Below, piece after piece: positions 11,543-21,529 of a DNA stretch of 42,388 bases (position 1 is the first letter of the stretch; each line of letters opens with the position of its first letter). Source of the DNA: Pasteurellaceae bacterium (lineage in GTDB: Bacteria > Pseudomonadota > Gammaproteobacteria > Enterobacterales > Pasteurellaceae). Both the position numbers and the translations under genes were made by a program. The notes under the pieces were generated by a model. It had not been told where the DNA came from, made no database searches, and saw nothing but the letters and a program-made list of their open reading frames with translations. Where the stretch lies: contig CAAEGL010000016.1 in NCBI GenBank assembly GCA_900755445.1, positions 1 through 42,388 of the forward strand, read 5' to 3'.

Positions 11543-11595
11543 GTTTATATAGATTTAGAAAAATATTTTTTCTTAGTTAAAGATAATATCTCAAA

Positions 11596-12426
11596 TTATT
11601 TAAATTTATCTGCATATTTTTCACTATTAATCCAAGAATGATCTTGTTCCCAAGTAAACCGCCATTTTCTTACAGGACCAGCCATAACATTTAAATAATA
11701 ATTGTCATAACCTGCAATAGTTGCGACTGGATGGTATCCTTTTGGTACTTGAACAACATCCCCATCATACACTGCCATAGATTCATCTAGTGAACGATCA
11801 TCAGTATAAACTCGTTGTAATGCAAAACCTTGTGATGGTGAGAAACGATGATAGTAGGTTTCTTCCAAATAGGTTTCAGTCGGAGAGTTTTTATCGTCGT
11901 GTTTATGGCTAGGGAAAGAACTCGTATTACCTTCATCTGTAAATACTTCGACAACCAATAAGGCATCTGCGGTTTCAGTTTCAGGGAGAATATTGTGTAC
12001 TAAGCGTTTATTATTTCCATATCCGCGTTTTTCTACACCGACATCCTCTGGTTTAATTAAACGAATTGGTAAACTACCTTGACTTGGTGCTCTACAAACA
12101 GCCAATTCTAAATAACTTTCAGCTTTGATTTGTACTTTTTGTTGGTGTGGAACATAGACTGAATAAGGTGGAATCCGCTCAAATGGAGAGGCGCGATTGC
12201 CAATATGCTCGAAAGTGGCTTGGGATGTAACAATAGTAGCCTTACCAGCAACGAGAACAAAACAGGTTTCAGTATTTTCAGTATCAAAAGTTAGTTCTTG
12301 CTCTTCTTGTAGATGGTACATTTCAAAACCAACGTACTCCCAATTCGCTGTTTTTGGGGTGATTTTTTGTACTTCACCATTCTTTTCGGGATGATCTTTT
12401 CGTGATTTGGATAGTAAATAACTCAT
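11596..12426 (-). CDS. iolB: 5-deoxy-glucuronate isomerase
   Basis: SSFPSHKHD, LEETYYH, PKGYHPV, YYLNVMAGP. Confidence 0.95.
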   Translation of the reverse strand: MSYLLSKSRKDHPEKNGEVQKITPKTANWEYVGFEMYHLQEEQELTFDTENTETCFVLVAGKATIVTSQATFEHIGNRASPFERIPPYSVYVPHQQKVQIKAESYLELAVCRAPSQGSLPIRLIKPEDVGVEKRGYGNNKRLVHNILPETETADALLVVEVFTDEGNTSSFPSHKHDDKNSPTETYLEETYYHRFSPSQGFALQRVYTDDRSLDESMAVYDGDVVQVPKGYHPVATIAGYDNYYLNVMAGPVRKWRFTWEQDHSWINSEKYADKFK

Positions 12427-12506
12427 TTCATGCTCCTAAAATAGCCGAATAACTTCTTTAGATGATACTCCGTTCATTAAATTAATCTAGCGAGATTTCT
12501 AAAAAA

Positions 12507-12542
12507 TCAGACATAGATCACATAAATGAAATAAAGTATCCA
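12507..12542. promoter_or_regulatory. CRP-like site plus adjacent IolR-like site in the iolB/iolA divergent region
   Basis: TCAGA-catAGA-TCACA (12507-22), 4 nt, TGAAAT-aaag-TATCCA (12527-42). Confidence 0.55.
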
Positions 12543-12680
12543 ATATTTCATAAAGTGGATTGAAAAGTTCAATTTATTTGCCTACTCTATACTAGATTTA
12601 AAGAATGAGTATTGTTTTTTATGCAAGTTGTTATTCATTTGTCGCATCTTAATTTCTGAAACTGTATGAAGGAGTTCAAA

Positions 12681-14189
12681 ATGGAAACTGTTTATAACTT
12701 TATTAATGGTAAACAAGTGCCAAGCAGAGGGACAAAAGCGCATCCAATTTATAATCCTGCAACAGGTAAGCAAATTCGCCAAGTGATTATGAGTACTCCG
12801 GATGATGTAAATGAAGCTATAGAAGTAGCACATAAAGCTTTTGCTGATTGGTCAGCAACCTCTCCACTACGTCGTGCCCGGATTATGTTTAAATTTAAAG
12901 AATTACTGGAAAGAGATTGGGATTCATTAGCTCGTTTAATTGTAGAGGAGCATGGTAAGGTTTATTCTGATGCTTGTGGTGAATTAACTCGTGGTTTGGA
13001 AGTTGTTGAATTCTCATGCGGTATTCCTCATTTATTAAAAGGTGAATTTTCAGAGCAAGCAGGACGCGGCATTGATATTCATTCATCTTTGCAACCACTA
13101 GGGGTAACTGTTGGTATTACACCGTTTAACTTCCCTGCAATGGTTCCAATGTGGATGTTCCCAATTGCATTAGCTTGCGGTAATACTTTCATTTTAAAAC
13201 CAGCTAAAGCAGATCCTTCCTTATCTATTCGTTTGGCTGAACTGTTAAAAGAAGCAGGTTTACCAGATGGCGTATTTAATGTGGTACATGGTGATCGTCA
13301 TGATAATGAAGTTTTATTGCGTGATCCGCGTGTTCATGCTGTGAGTTTTGTGGGTTCTACACCAGCTGCAGCACATGTATATAAAGTCGGTTCTGAATTC
13401 GGCAAACGCGTACAAACTTTTGGTGCAGCGAAAAACCATGCATTAATCATGCCAGATGCAGATATTGAATCTACCGCAAATGCTTTATTAGGTGCGGCAT
13501 TTGGTGCTGCGGGTGAACGTTGTATGGCGCTAGCATTGGCTGTTACGATTGACGATGAAACTGCAGATAAATTAGTGGCAGCTTTAAAACCAAAAGTAGA
13601 AGCACTTCGTTATGGTCCAGGTATTCCAAAAGATGGTGAAAAAGAGATGGATTTTGGTCCATTAATTACTCAGCAACATCTCAATAATGTGACAAATTAC
13701 ATTACAACCGGTGTGGAAGAAGGTGCAACACTTATTGTTGATGGTCGAGGTAAAAAACCAGTTGGTCATGAGAATGGTTTCTTTATCGGTGGCTCCTTAT
13801 TCGATAATGTCACTTCCGATATGGTGATTTATAAAGAAGAGATCTTTGGACCTGTATTGGGTATCGTCAGAGCAAAAAGCTTTGAAGAAGCAATGAAGTT
13901 AATTAATGAACACCCTTATGGAAACGGTACCGCTATCTTTACCTCTGATGGTGGTGCTGCTCGTGAGTTTGCATATCACGTTCAGGCTGGTATGGTGGGT
14001 ATTAACGTGCCAATTCCAGTACCAATGTCATTCCATTGCTTCGGTGGTTGGAAACATTCATCTTACAGTACCTTGAACGTTTATGGACCAGACGGTGTCC
14101 GTTTCTATACGAAGATGAAAACAACAACAACACGTTGGCCAAATAAATATGTAATTGAAAATGCTGCATTTAGTATGCCGACACTTTAA
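12681..14189 (+). CDS. iolA: CoA-acylating (methyl)malonate-semialdehyde dehydrogenase
   Basis: GITPFNFPAMVPMWM, SFVGST, GAAGERCMA, EEIFGPV; AAGGAG RBS precedes ATG 12681. Confidence 0.93.
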   Translation: METVYNFINGKQVPSRGTKAHPIYNPATGKQIRQVIMSTPDDVNEAIEVAHKAFADWSATSPLRRARIMFKFKELLERDWDSLARLIVEEHGKVYSDACGELTRGLEVVEFSCGIPHLLKGEFSEQAGRGIDIHSSLQPLGVTVGITPFNFPAMVPMWMFPIALACGNTFILKPAKADPSLSIRLAELLKEAGLPDGVFNVVHGDRHDNEVLLRDPRVHAVSFVGSTPAAAHVYKVGSEFGKRVQTFGAAKNHALIMPDADIESTANALLGAAFGAAGERCMALALAVTIDDETADKLVAALKPKVEALRYGPGIPKDGEKEMDFGPLITQQHLNNVTNYITTGVEEGATLIVDGRGKKPVGHENGFFIGGSLFDNVTSDMVIYKEEIFGPVLGIVRAKSFEEAMKLINEHPYGNGTAIFTSDGGAAREFAYHVQAGMVGINVPIPVPMSFHCFGGWKHSSYSTLNVYGPDGVRFYTKMKTTTTRWPNKYVIENAAFSMPTL

Positions 14190-14280
14190 TTAACATAATG
14201 TTTTAAATCATGAAGAGGAGATAATCGCATTAAGGACGTTATCTCCTCTTGTTCTATGCAATAAATAGTAAGGATATCGT

Positions 14281-15420
14281 ATGAAACAGGTTCGAATTGG
14301 TTTGGTTGGTACTGGATATATCGGTCGTTGCCATGCTATTGCTTATGCTCAGGCGCCAACAGTATTTCCACTTGATGCTGAATTGGTTCTGGAATATTTA
14401 GCCGAGATTACACCTGAATTAGCAGAGAAAAAGGCAAAAGAATTCGGTTTTAATCGTTTTACGGGCGATTGGAAGGATATTGTGCAAGATCCAAATGTGG
14501 ATGTAGTAGATATTTGCACTCCAAACTTTCTTCATAAAGAAATTGCATTAGCAGCCATTGCCAATGGTAAACATGTTTACTCTGAAAAACCGCTAGCTCT
14601 CACTGCAGAAGATGCCAAATTAATGTATGAAGCAGCGAAGAAAGCAAATGTTAAGACCTTGGTTGGGTTTAATTATATAAAGAATCCAACTACTCAATTA
14701 GCCAGAGAAATTATTGCTAATGGTGAAATTGGAGAAGTAGTACATTTTTATGGTACTCATAATGAAGATTACTTAGCTAACGAAAATACACCATTAGATT
14801 GGCACTGTGTGAAAGAAAAAGCAGGACTAGGTGCATTGGGGGATTTAGCGGCTCATATTGTACAGATGTCTCAGTACTTATTAGGGCAGGATATTCGGAC
14901 TGTTATTGGAGACATGCAAACAGTAATTAAAAATCGCCCAAACCCTCATAATGTACAAGAGCGTTTAGCTGTAGAGAATGAAGATCAGGCGACAGCTTTA
15001 GTTCGATTTGATAATGGATGCATGGGAACGATTGAAACGTCTCGAATTGCTTGTGGACGAAAAATGGGACTGAGCTATGTGATTACGGGAACAAAAGGCA
15101 GTATTTCTTATACTCAAGAAAGAATGGCTGAATTAAAGCTTTATTTACATGATGAAGATCCAGCAAGACAAGGATTTAAAACAATCCTTACTGGACCATT
15201 GCATCCTGATTACAAGAATTTTTGTGTGAGCGCAGGTCATGGCATTGGTTTTAACGATCAGAAAACGGTGGAGATTAGAGATTTAGTAAATGGTTTAGCT
15301 TCACCTGAAGGTGTTTTATATCCTGATTTTGAAGAAGGATATAAGGTGTCTCGCGTGTTAGATGCAATAGCATTATCGTATCACCAAAAACGTTGGGTTA
15401 ATGTAGAAGAAATAGCGTAA
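14281..15420 (+). CDS. Gfo/Idh/MocA-family oxidoreductase (second inositol-type dehydrogenase)
   Basis: GLVGTGYIG, DICTPN, YSEKP, GALGDLAAH. Confidence 0.88.
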   Translation: MKQVRIGLVGTGYIGRCHAIAYAQAPTVFPLDAELVLEYLAEITPELAEKKAKEFGFNRFTGDWKDIVQDPNVDVVDICTPNFLHKEIALAAIANGKHVYSEKPLALTAEDAKLMYEAAKKANVKTLVGFNYIKNPTTQLAREIIANGEIGEVVHFYGTHNEDYLANENTPLDWHCVKEKAGLGALGDLAAHIVQMSQYLLGQDIRTVIGDMQTVIKNRPNPHNVQERLAVENEDQATALVRFDNGCMGTIETSRIACGRKMGLSYVITGTKGSISYTQERMAELKLYLHDEDPARQGFKTILTGPLHPDYKNFCVSAGHGIGFNDQKTVEIRDLVNGLASPEGVLYPDFEEGYKVSRVLDAIALSYHQKRWVNVEEIA

Positions 15421-15427
15421 TTCGATG

Positions 15428-15462
15428 AGGGGCATTCAATTATAGTGCCCCTTATTTTTTTA
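15428..15462 (+). terminator. Terminator after the oxidoreductase
   Basis: AGGGGCA...TGCCCCT followed by a T-run. Confidence 0.7.
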
Positions 15463-15510
15463 TTATTAATCAGAAGATTTTGCGAATAGTAAATATTTTC
15501 GACTAAAAAG

Positions 15511-15526
15511 TAAGATCTACTTCACA
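15511..15526. promoter_or_regulatory. CRP-like site upstream of the inositol ABC operon
   Basis: TAAGA-tctact-TCACA. Confidence 0.45.
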
Positions 15527-15690
15527 CTTTCAAAAAATGACAGTTGCAGAAAATCTTCTTTTAATGATATAGATACATGTGGATGATTTATTCCAAATTA
15601 CACACTGGTGAAATTTATATTCGCATATTGTGAGATTATAGCTGTATTTCAATCTTTGTTATTCGTTTAACTAATAAAGGGAGTAGCATT

Positions 15691-16629
15691 ATGAAAAAAA
15701 CATTGCTTGCGTTACTTTGTGGTGGAGTTTTATTAACGTCTCAAGCTGTTATCGCTAAAAATGTTGTGATTGGTGCACCAATGGTTGCCTTTTCTGATAA
15801 ATGGCAAACCTATCTTCAAGATGCCATTCGTGAGTTTGATAAAACACATGATGATGTGGAAATTAAACTCGCAGATGCGAATGGTGACCCCGCTCGTTTA
15901 TTAAATGATGCAGAAACATTTATCGATCAAAAAGTTGATGCATTACTTGTTGTTCCAACAGATCCAAATATTGTTAAGGTTATTGGCAAAAAAGCGAAAC
16001 GAGCCGGTATCCCTCTCATTATTATCAATCGTAAACCATTAGATGAAGATATGCAGTACGTTACTAGTTATGTAGGATCGGATGAAATCGAAGGTGGACG
16101 TATTCAAGCAAACTTTATTGTTGATACCTTAAAAGGTAACCCTGCTGAAGCGGCAATCTTGATGGGGCCTTTAGGACAAGATGCTCAAATTAAGCGTACG
16201 CAAGGCAATAAGGAAATTTTTGGTCAGCATAAAAATATTAAAATTTTTACTGAACAAGAAGGTAAATGGGATAGAGCTAAAGGCCTAGAAATTGCAGAAA
16301 ACTTACTTGCGGCAAATAAAAATTTAAATGTTGTTGTTAGTAATAATGATGAAATGGCGATTGGGGCGGTATTAGCAGGTAGAAAATTAGGTCTTAAAGA
16401 TGAAGATTTAATTATTGTTGGCCTTGATGCAACACCTGATGCATTAGATTATTTAGGTAAAGGATTAGATGCAACAGTGTTCCAATCAGCTGCAGGACAA
16501 GGTTCTGCGGGGGCTGAAATGGCCTATCTTGCTGCAAAAGGTGAAAAAGTTCCAGCTGTGAAATGGGTACCTTTTGAACTCGTTACACCAGATAAAAAAG
16601 AGGAATATCAAGCGAGATATAAAAAATAG
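15691..16629 (+). CDS. Sugar (inositol) ABC transporter periplasmic binding protein 1
   Basis: Signal peptide; RbsB-like motifs YVGSD, SNNDEMAIGA, GLDATPDA. Confidence 0.9.
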   Translation: MKKTLLALLCGGVLLTSQAVIAKNVVIGAPMVAFSDKWQTYLQDAIREFDKTHDDVEIKLADANGDPARLLNDAETFIDQKVDALLVVPTDPNIVKVIGKKAKRAGIPLIIINRKPLDEDMQYVTSYVGSDEIEGGRIQANFIVDTLKGNPAEAAILMGPLGQDAQIKRTQGNKEIFGQHKNIKIFTEQEGKWDRAKGLEIAENLLAANKNLNVVVSNNDEMAIGAVLAGRKLGLKDEDLIIVGLDATPDALDYLGKGLDATVFQSAAGQGSAGAEMAYLAAKGEKVPAVKWVPFELVTPDKKEEYQARYKK

Positions 16630-16707
16630 ATTTTCTCATCTAAATAACGGAAGGGTGATAACCCTTCTGGTTAAAGCTAAAGAGATTTATTAATGGAGGG
16701 ATGAACA

Positions 16708-17640
16708 ATGTTAAAAAAAGTATGCATTTTAGTTATTAGTCTCTTTTTCGCCCCAGTTATTTTAGCCAAATCAATAGTAGTTGGCGTTTCAATGTATAGC
16801 CTTGCAGATAAATATCCCACTTATTTGCAGGATTCCATGGATAAGTTTGTCGCCTCCCAATCTAATCTTAAATTTAAATATGCTGATGCGAATGGCGATC
16901 CCGCCAAGATGTTAAATGATGTGGAAAATTTTATTGATTCGAAGGTCGATGCTTTGATCATTATGCCAACAGATCAAAAGATCGTAAAAGCCATTGGATT
17001 AAAAGCAAGAAAAGCGAAGATTCCTTTAATTGTGGTGACAGTGAAACCGAATGAAGAAGACATGCAATACGTAGCGAGCTACGTTGGTTCTGAAGAAATT
17101 AAAAGCGGTGAAATGCAAGGTGAATTTATTGTTAACTCATTGAATGGTAAACCAGCTAAAGCCATTATTTTACTTGGACCGTTGGGTTTAGAAGCTCAAA
17201 TTAAGCGAACAGAAGGGAATAAAAAGATCTTTGCTCATCATCCTGAAATTAAAGTGGTCGCAGAACAAGAGGCAAAATGGGATAGAGCTAAGGGAATGGA
17301 AGTCGCAGAAAATCTGCTTTCAGCTCACCGAGATGCAAATGTAATTCTGAGTAATAATGATGAAATGGCGATAGGGGCTTTATTGGCTGCGAAGAAACTC
17401 GGATTCAAAGATGAAGACATACTCATTGTAGGAATTGATGCAACACCAGATGCTTTAGCTTATTTAGGTAATGGATTGGATGCTACTGTTTATCAATCTG
17501 CATCAGGACAAGGACGATTGAGTGCTGAATTGGCTTACAAGGCAGCGCTTGGTGAAGAAATTCCCAAATATAACTGGATTCCTTTTGAATTGGTTACCCC
17601 AGAAATGAAGGAACAATATATCAACAAATATAAGGAGTAA
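16708..17640 (+). CDS. Sugar (inositol) ABC transporter periplasmic binding protein 2 (paralog)
   Basis: Signal peptide; same motifs as binding protein 1. Confidence 0.9.
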   Translation: MLKKVCILVISLFFAPVILAKSIVVGVSMYSLADKYPTYLQDSMDKFVASQSNLKFKYADANGDPAKMLNDVENFIDSKVDALIIMPTDQKIVKAIGLKARKAKIPLIVVTVKPNEEDMQYVASYVGSEEIKSGEMQGEFIVNSLNGKPAKAIILLGPLGLEAQIKRTEGNKKIFAHHPEIKVVAEQEAKWDRAKGMEVAENLLSAHRDANVILSNNDEMAIGALLAAKKLGFKDEDILIVGIDATPDALAYLGNGLDATVYQSASGQGRLSAELAYKAALGEEIPKYNWIPFELVTPEMKEQYINKYKE

Positions 17641-17700
17641 ATTGACCGCACTTTATAATGTTATTTCCGTATTTATTTTTATCGAGTCAAGGAGTTAAAC

Positions 17701-19212
17701 ATGACTAATAGTAATAGCTCAAATTCTCCCTATATTTTAGAAATGAGAAATGTATCGAAAACATTTCCTGGGGTTAAGGCATTAGATCAGATCAATCTCC
17801 GGGTCAAGCGTGGAAGTGTTCACGCTCTGATGGGGGAAAATGGAGCAGGTAAATCCACATTGATGAAAATTCTATATGGAATTTATATTCCTGATGAAGG
17901 TGGAGAACTTATTCTAGATGATAAACCTTTTAAACCAGGACGTCCTATTGATGCAATTCGTCGTGGTCTAACTATGGTGCCTCAGGAAATTTCTCCTGCT
18001 GCTAACTTGACGATTGCGGATAATTTTTATTTAGGTCGGGAAATAACGAAAGGTAAATTTTTCCTTAATCAAAAAGCAATGAATAAGCAAGCCTCCGCGA
18101 TTCTAAAAGAACTTGGTGTGCCGATGGATGTGACAGAAAAAATGTCAGATGTATCGGTGGCAAAAGCTCAGTTGGTTGCGATTGCGACTGCCGTTTCTAA
18201 TGATGCGAAAGTGATCATTATGGATGAGCCAACAACGGCATTAACTGAAAATGAAGTAGATCAACTTTATCGCATTATTGAAACAGTTAAAGCAAGAGGT
18301 ATTGCGATCATCTTTATCTCTCACAAATTAGATGAAGTCTTTAGAGTATCTGATGAGATTACGGTAATTCGTGATGGTCAATATGTGGATACTAAGCCAA
18401 CAAAAGAAGTAACCAAAGAACAACTCATCTCCATGATGGTTGGCCGTGATATGTCAGAAATGTTCCAACGTGAGCGTTTTGAGTTATCTGATGAGATTGT
18501 TTTAGAAATTAAACATTTTTCTCGAGAAGGAAAATATCAAGATATTAATTTTGCTGTACGTAAAGGTGAGATCTTTGGTATTGCAGGATTAGTTGGAGCA
18601 GGTCGTTCGGAAATTGTAGAAGGCTTATTTGGTTATAAACCTGCAGATAGCGGTGAGATTTATATTAAAGGCGAAAAAGTGATTATTAATAATCCGCTAG
18701 ATGCCATGAAGCATAAAATTGGCTTTGTAACTGAAGACAGAAAATTGACGGGTTTGTTCCTAAATCTGAGCATTACAGACAATATGATTATGCCGGAAAT
18801 GTCGCCCTATTTAGAGAATTTCCTCGTGTCTGTTGCAAGAGCTCAAAAAACGGCAAATGAACAAAAAACGAAACTCAAAATAAAAGCACCAAATGTAGAG
18901 GTGATTACTAATAATCTCTCCGGTGGTAACCAACAAAAAGTATTGCTTGCTCGTTGGTTATTACTAGAGCCTGAAATTTTGATTTTAGATGAACCAACAA
19001 AAGGGATTGACGTCGGGGCTAAGGCTGAGCTCTATAAATTGATGGTTGAGTTATCAAAACAAGGTAAAACGATCATTATGATTACGTCAGATATGTTGGA
19101 ACTTTTATCAATGAGTGATCGCGTCATGGTTATGCACGAAGGGCATCAAGTTGGCATCATTCCTCATGCAGAATTGACTCAAGAGCGAGTACTTGAATTG
19201 GCTTCGGGTTAG
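17701..19212 (+). CDS. Sugar ABC transporter ATPase (CUT2 family, two NBDs)
   Basis: GENGAGKST, MDEPT, LSGGNQQK, LDEPTKGIDVGAK. Confidence 0.95.
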   Translation: MTNSNSSNSPYILEMRNVSKTFPGVKALDQINLRVKRGSVHALMGENGAGKSTLMKILYGIYIPDEGGELILDDKPFKPGRPIDAIRRGLTMVPQEISPAANLTIADNFYLGREITKGKFFLNQKAMNKQASAILKELGVPMDVTEKMSDVSVAKAQLVAIATAVSNDAKVIIMDEPTTALTENEVDQLYRIIETVKARGIAIIFISHKLDEVFRVSDEITVIRDGQYVDTKPTKEVTKEQLISMMVGRDMSEMFQRERFELSDEIVLEIKHFSREGKYQDINFAVRKGEIFGIAGLVGAGRSEIVEGLFGYKPADSGEIYIKGEKVIINNPLDAMKHKIGFVTEDRKLTGLFLNLSITDNMIMPEMSPYLENFLVSVARAQKTANEQKTKLKIKAPNVEVITNNLSGGNQQKVLLARWLLLEPEILILDEPTKGIDVGAKAELYKLMVELSKQGKTIIMITSDMLELLSMSDRVMVMHEGHQVGIIPHAELTQERVLELASG

Positions 19213-19267
19213 TGTCTATTAATTAAAATGGTTTATTTATTAAGATTAAAAAAATGAGAGGTTTATT

Positions 19268-20221
19268 ATGGAAAACGTGACACTGAAGAAAATGATTAAT
19301 GCGTATGGGATGGTCTTAATTTTAATTCTTCTCTTTTTAGCATTGTCTGTTTCAATAGACGGCTTTTTTTCAGCTAGAACAGTATGGAGTATTATCGAAC
19401 AAGTATCCATGTTTGGTATTATTGCAATTGGTGTAACCTTCATCATTATCACAGGGGGTATCGATCTATCATCTGGTTCTGTGGTGGCGCTTACAGCAGT
19501 CGTTTCTGCTTCAATTGTAACTGGTGGCGATAGCGTATCATCTGCGCTATTGGCTTTTGCTGCATCAATTTTAATTGGTGCTTTATTGGGATTATTTAAT
19601 GGTGGATTTACAGCGCTTGGTGGTATTCCGCCGTTTATCTCAACTTTAGGTATGATGATTATTGCACGTGGTGCCGCACAGCTTTACTCTGATGGTCGTC
19701 CAATTGATGCCTCTTCAGAAGCATTTACCTGGATTGCGGATGTGAATATTTTTGGACTTCCGGGGCTGGTCTTGCTGTATATCTTAATTGTAATCGCTTC
19801 TCATATTTTACTTAGCCGTTCAACCTTTGGTCGTCATGTTTATGCAGTAGGTGGAAACCTGAATGCAGCTAAAATCTGTGGTATTAACACAAATAGAACA
19901 TTAATTTGGGTTTATATTCTCGGTGGTGCATTATCTGGATTAGCAGGTGCTTTACTTGCATCTCGAACCTATGCAGGTAACCCATCTTATGGTTTGGCTT
20001 GGGAACTTGATGCTATCGCCGCAGCAGTTATTGGTGGGGTTTCTTTAAGTGGTGGTTTTGGTACCATTCCAATGTGTGTGATTGGGGCTTTAATTATCGG
20101 TACCACCAATAAAGGCTTAAATATGTTAGGTGTGGATCCATACTGGCAACAAATTGTTAAAGGGGCAATTATTGTAATCGCAGTATTACTTGATACCTTA
20201 AAACGTCGCAAAAAAGGGTAA
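19268..20221 (+). CDS. Sugar ABC transporter permease (RbsC-like)
   Basis: GGIDLSSGS, GIPPFISTLG, ELDAIAAAVIGG. Confidence 0.95.
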   Translation: MENVTLKKMINAYGMVLILILLFLALSVSIDGFFSARTVWSIIEQVSMFGIIAIGVTFIIITGGIDLSSGSVVALTAVVSASIVTGGDSVSSALLAFAASILIGALLGLFNGGFTALGGIPPFISTLGMMIIARGAAQLYSDGRPIDASSEAFTWIADVNIFGLPGLVLLYILIVIASHILLSRSTFGRHVYAVGGNLNAAKICGINTNRTLIWVYILGGALSGLAGALLASRTYAGNPSYGLAWELDAIAAAVIGGVSLSGGFGTIPMCVIGALIIGTTNKGLNMLGVDPYWQQIVKGAIIVIAVLLDTLKRRKKG

Positions 20222-20247
20222 TGTAGATAAATATCCATTGATTTCAG

Positions 20248-20274
20248 AAAAGGCTACCCATGGGTAGCCTTTTT
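20248..20274. terminator. Terminator after the ABC operon
   Basis: Perfect palindrome AAAAGGCTACCCATGGGTAGCCTTTT. Confidence 0.8.
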
Positions 20275-20464
20275 ATTTGCATTAAGATTTAAAGCCTAAA
20301 GAGAATGCATGTATGCGTTTTTATTAAGAAAAGTGCGGTCAAAAAAGAGGGAGCTTTTGAAATGATGTAGTAATTATCTGAAATGCTAGGTGGACTTATT
20401 GGAAATTAAATCTCTATGGTAAATGAGGGAATGTTTCCCACCATTTTTTGTTGTTTTAGGATAT

Positions 20465-20492
20465 AAAAAAAGACCTAAATTCCTTTAGGTCT
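20465..20492 (-). terminator. Terminator of iolDEG
   Basis: AGACCTAAA-ggaa-TTTAGGTCT followed by a T-run on the minus strand. Confidence 0.75.
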
Positions 20493-20516
20493 CTTTCCAT
20501 ATTTATATGTTTAGTT

Positions 20517-21527
20517 CTAAGCGATTTCTGCTAATTTGATTGGGCGTCCTTCATCTAATGAACGTTTAGCCGCAAGTGCGATAATCACCGGTTGTAACCC
20601 ATCATTACCATTCACTAAAGTTGGCTTGTCGTTTACTACGGAATCAACAAAACAAGCCATCTCATCAGCAAAAGATTGCATATAACGTTCTAAGAAGAAG
20701 TATTTAGGTTTCTCGGCAATCACTCCAGCTTCACAGGAATAAACCGCAGTAGAATCGGTATCATTGCGAGTTTGCACAGCACCTTTTGAGCCGAACACTT
20801 CAGCTCGTTGATCGTAACCGTAAACTGCTTTTCGGCTATTATCGATCATACCAATAGCACCGTTAGCAAGTTTTAAGGTGATAACAGCGGTATCGATATC
20901 ACCAGCTTTACCGATTTCTGGATTGACTAGTACGCCACCAGCTGCATAAACTTCTACAACTTCACTACCAGATAAATAGCGAATCATGTCGAAGTCGTGA
21001 ATGGTCATGTCGAAGAACATTCCACCAGATACTTTTACATATTCAATTGGTGGTGCATCTGGGTCACGCGAGGTTACTCGAATTAAGTGTGGTTCACCAA
21101 TATCACCATTTTCTACACGAGTTTTAATCGCTTTGAAGTTATGGTCAAAGCGGCGATTAAAGCCAACCTGGAATTTTACGCCAGCTTTCTCCACTTCAGC
21201 CAACACCTCTTTGATGCGATTGACATCTGCATCAACTGGTTTTTCGCAGAAAATGTGTTTGCCTGCTCGAGCAGATTCAATAGAAATTGGCGCATGGGTA
21301 TTGGTAGATGAACAGACTAATACAGCATCAATTTCCGGGTCTTGTAGAATTTGTTTGTAATCCTCATAAACATGAGCAATGCCCATGCCTTTTGCCCATT
21401 GTTTGAGCTCATCCGTTACTCTGACGTCAGAAATTGCTTTAATTTCAGCGCCCTTCACATATTTTGTAATACTTTCAGAATGTACGCGACCAATACGACC
21501 GGCGCCAATAATACCTACTTTAATCAT
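20517..21527 (-). CDS. iolG: myo-inositol 2-dehydrogenase
   Basis: GIIGAGRIG, FCEKP, GFNRRFD, DMTIHDFD, YGYDQRAE. Confidence 0.93.
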   Translation of the reverse strand: MIKVGIIGAGRIGRVHSESITKYVKGAEIKAISDVRVTDELKQWAKGMGIAHVYEDYKQILQDPEIDAVLVCSSTNTHAPISIESARAGKHIFCEKPVDADVNRIKEVLAEVEKAGVKFQVGFNRRFDHNFKAIKTRVENGDIGEPHLIRVTSRDPDAPPIEYVKVSGGMFFDMTIHDFDMIRYLSGSEVVEVYAAGGVLVNPEIGKAGDIDTAVITLKLANGAIGMIDNSRKAVYGYDQRAEVFGSKGAVQTRNDTDSTAVYSCEAGVIAEKPKYFFLERYMQSFADEMACFVDSVVNDKPTLVNGNDGLQPVIIALAAKRSLDEGRPIKLAEIA

Positions 21528-21529
21528 AA

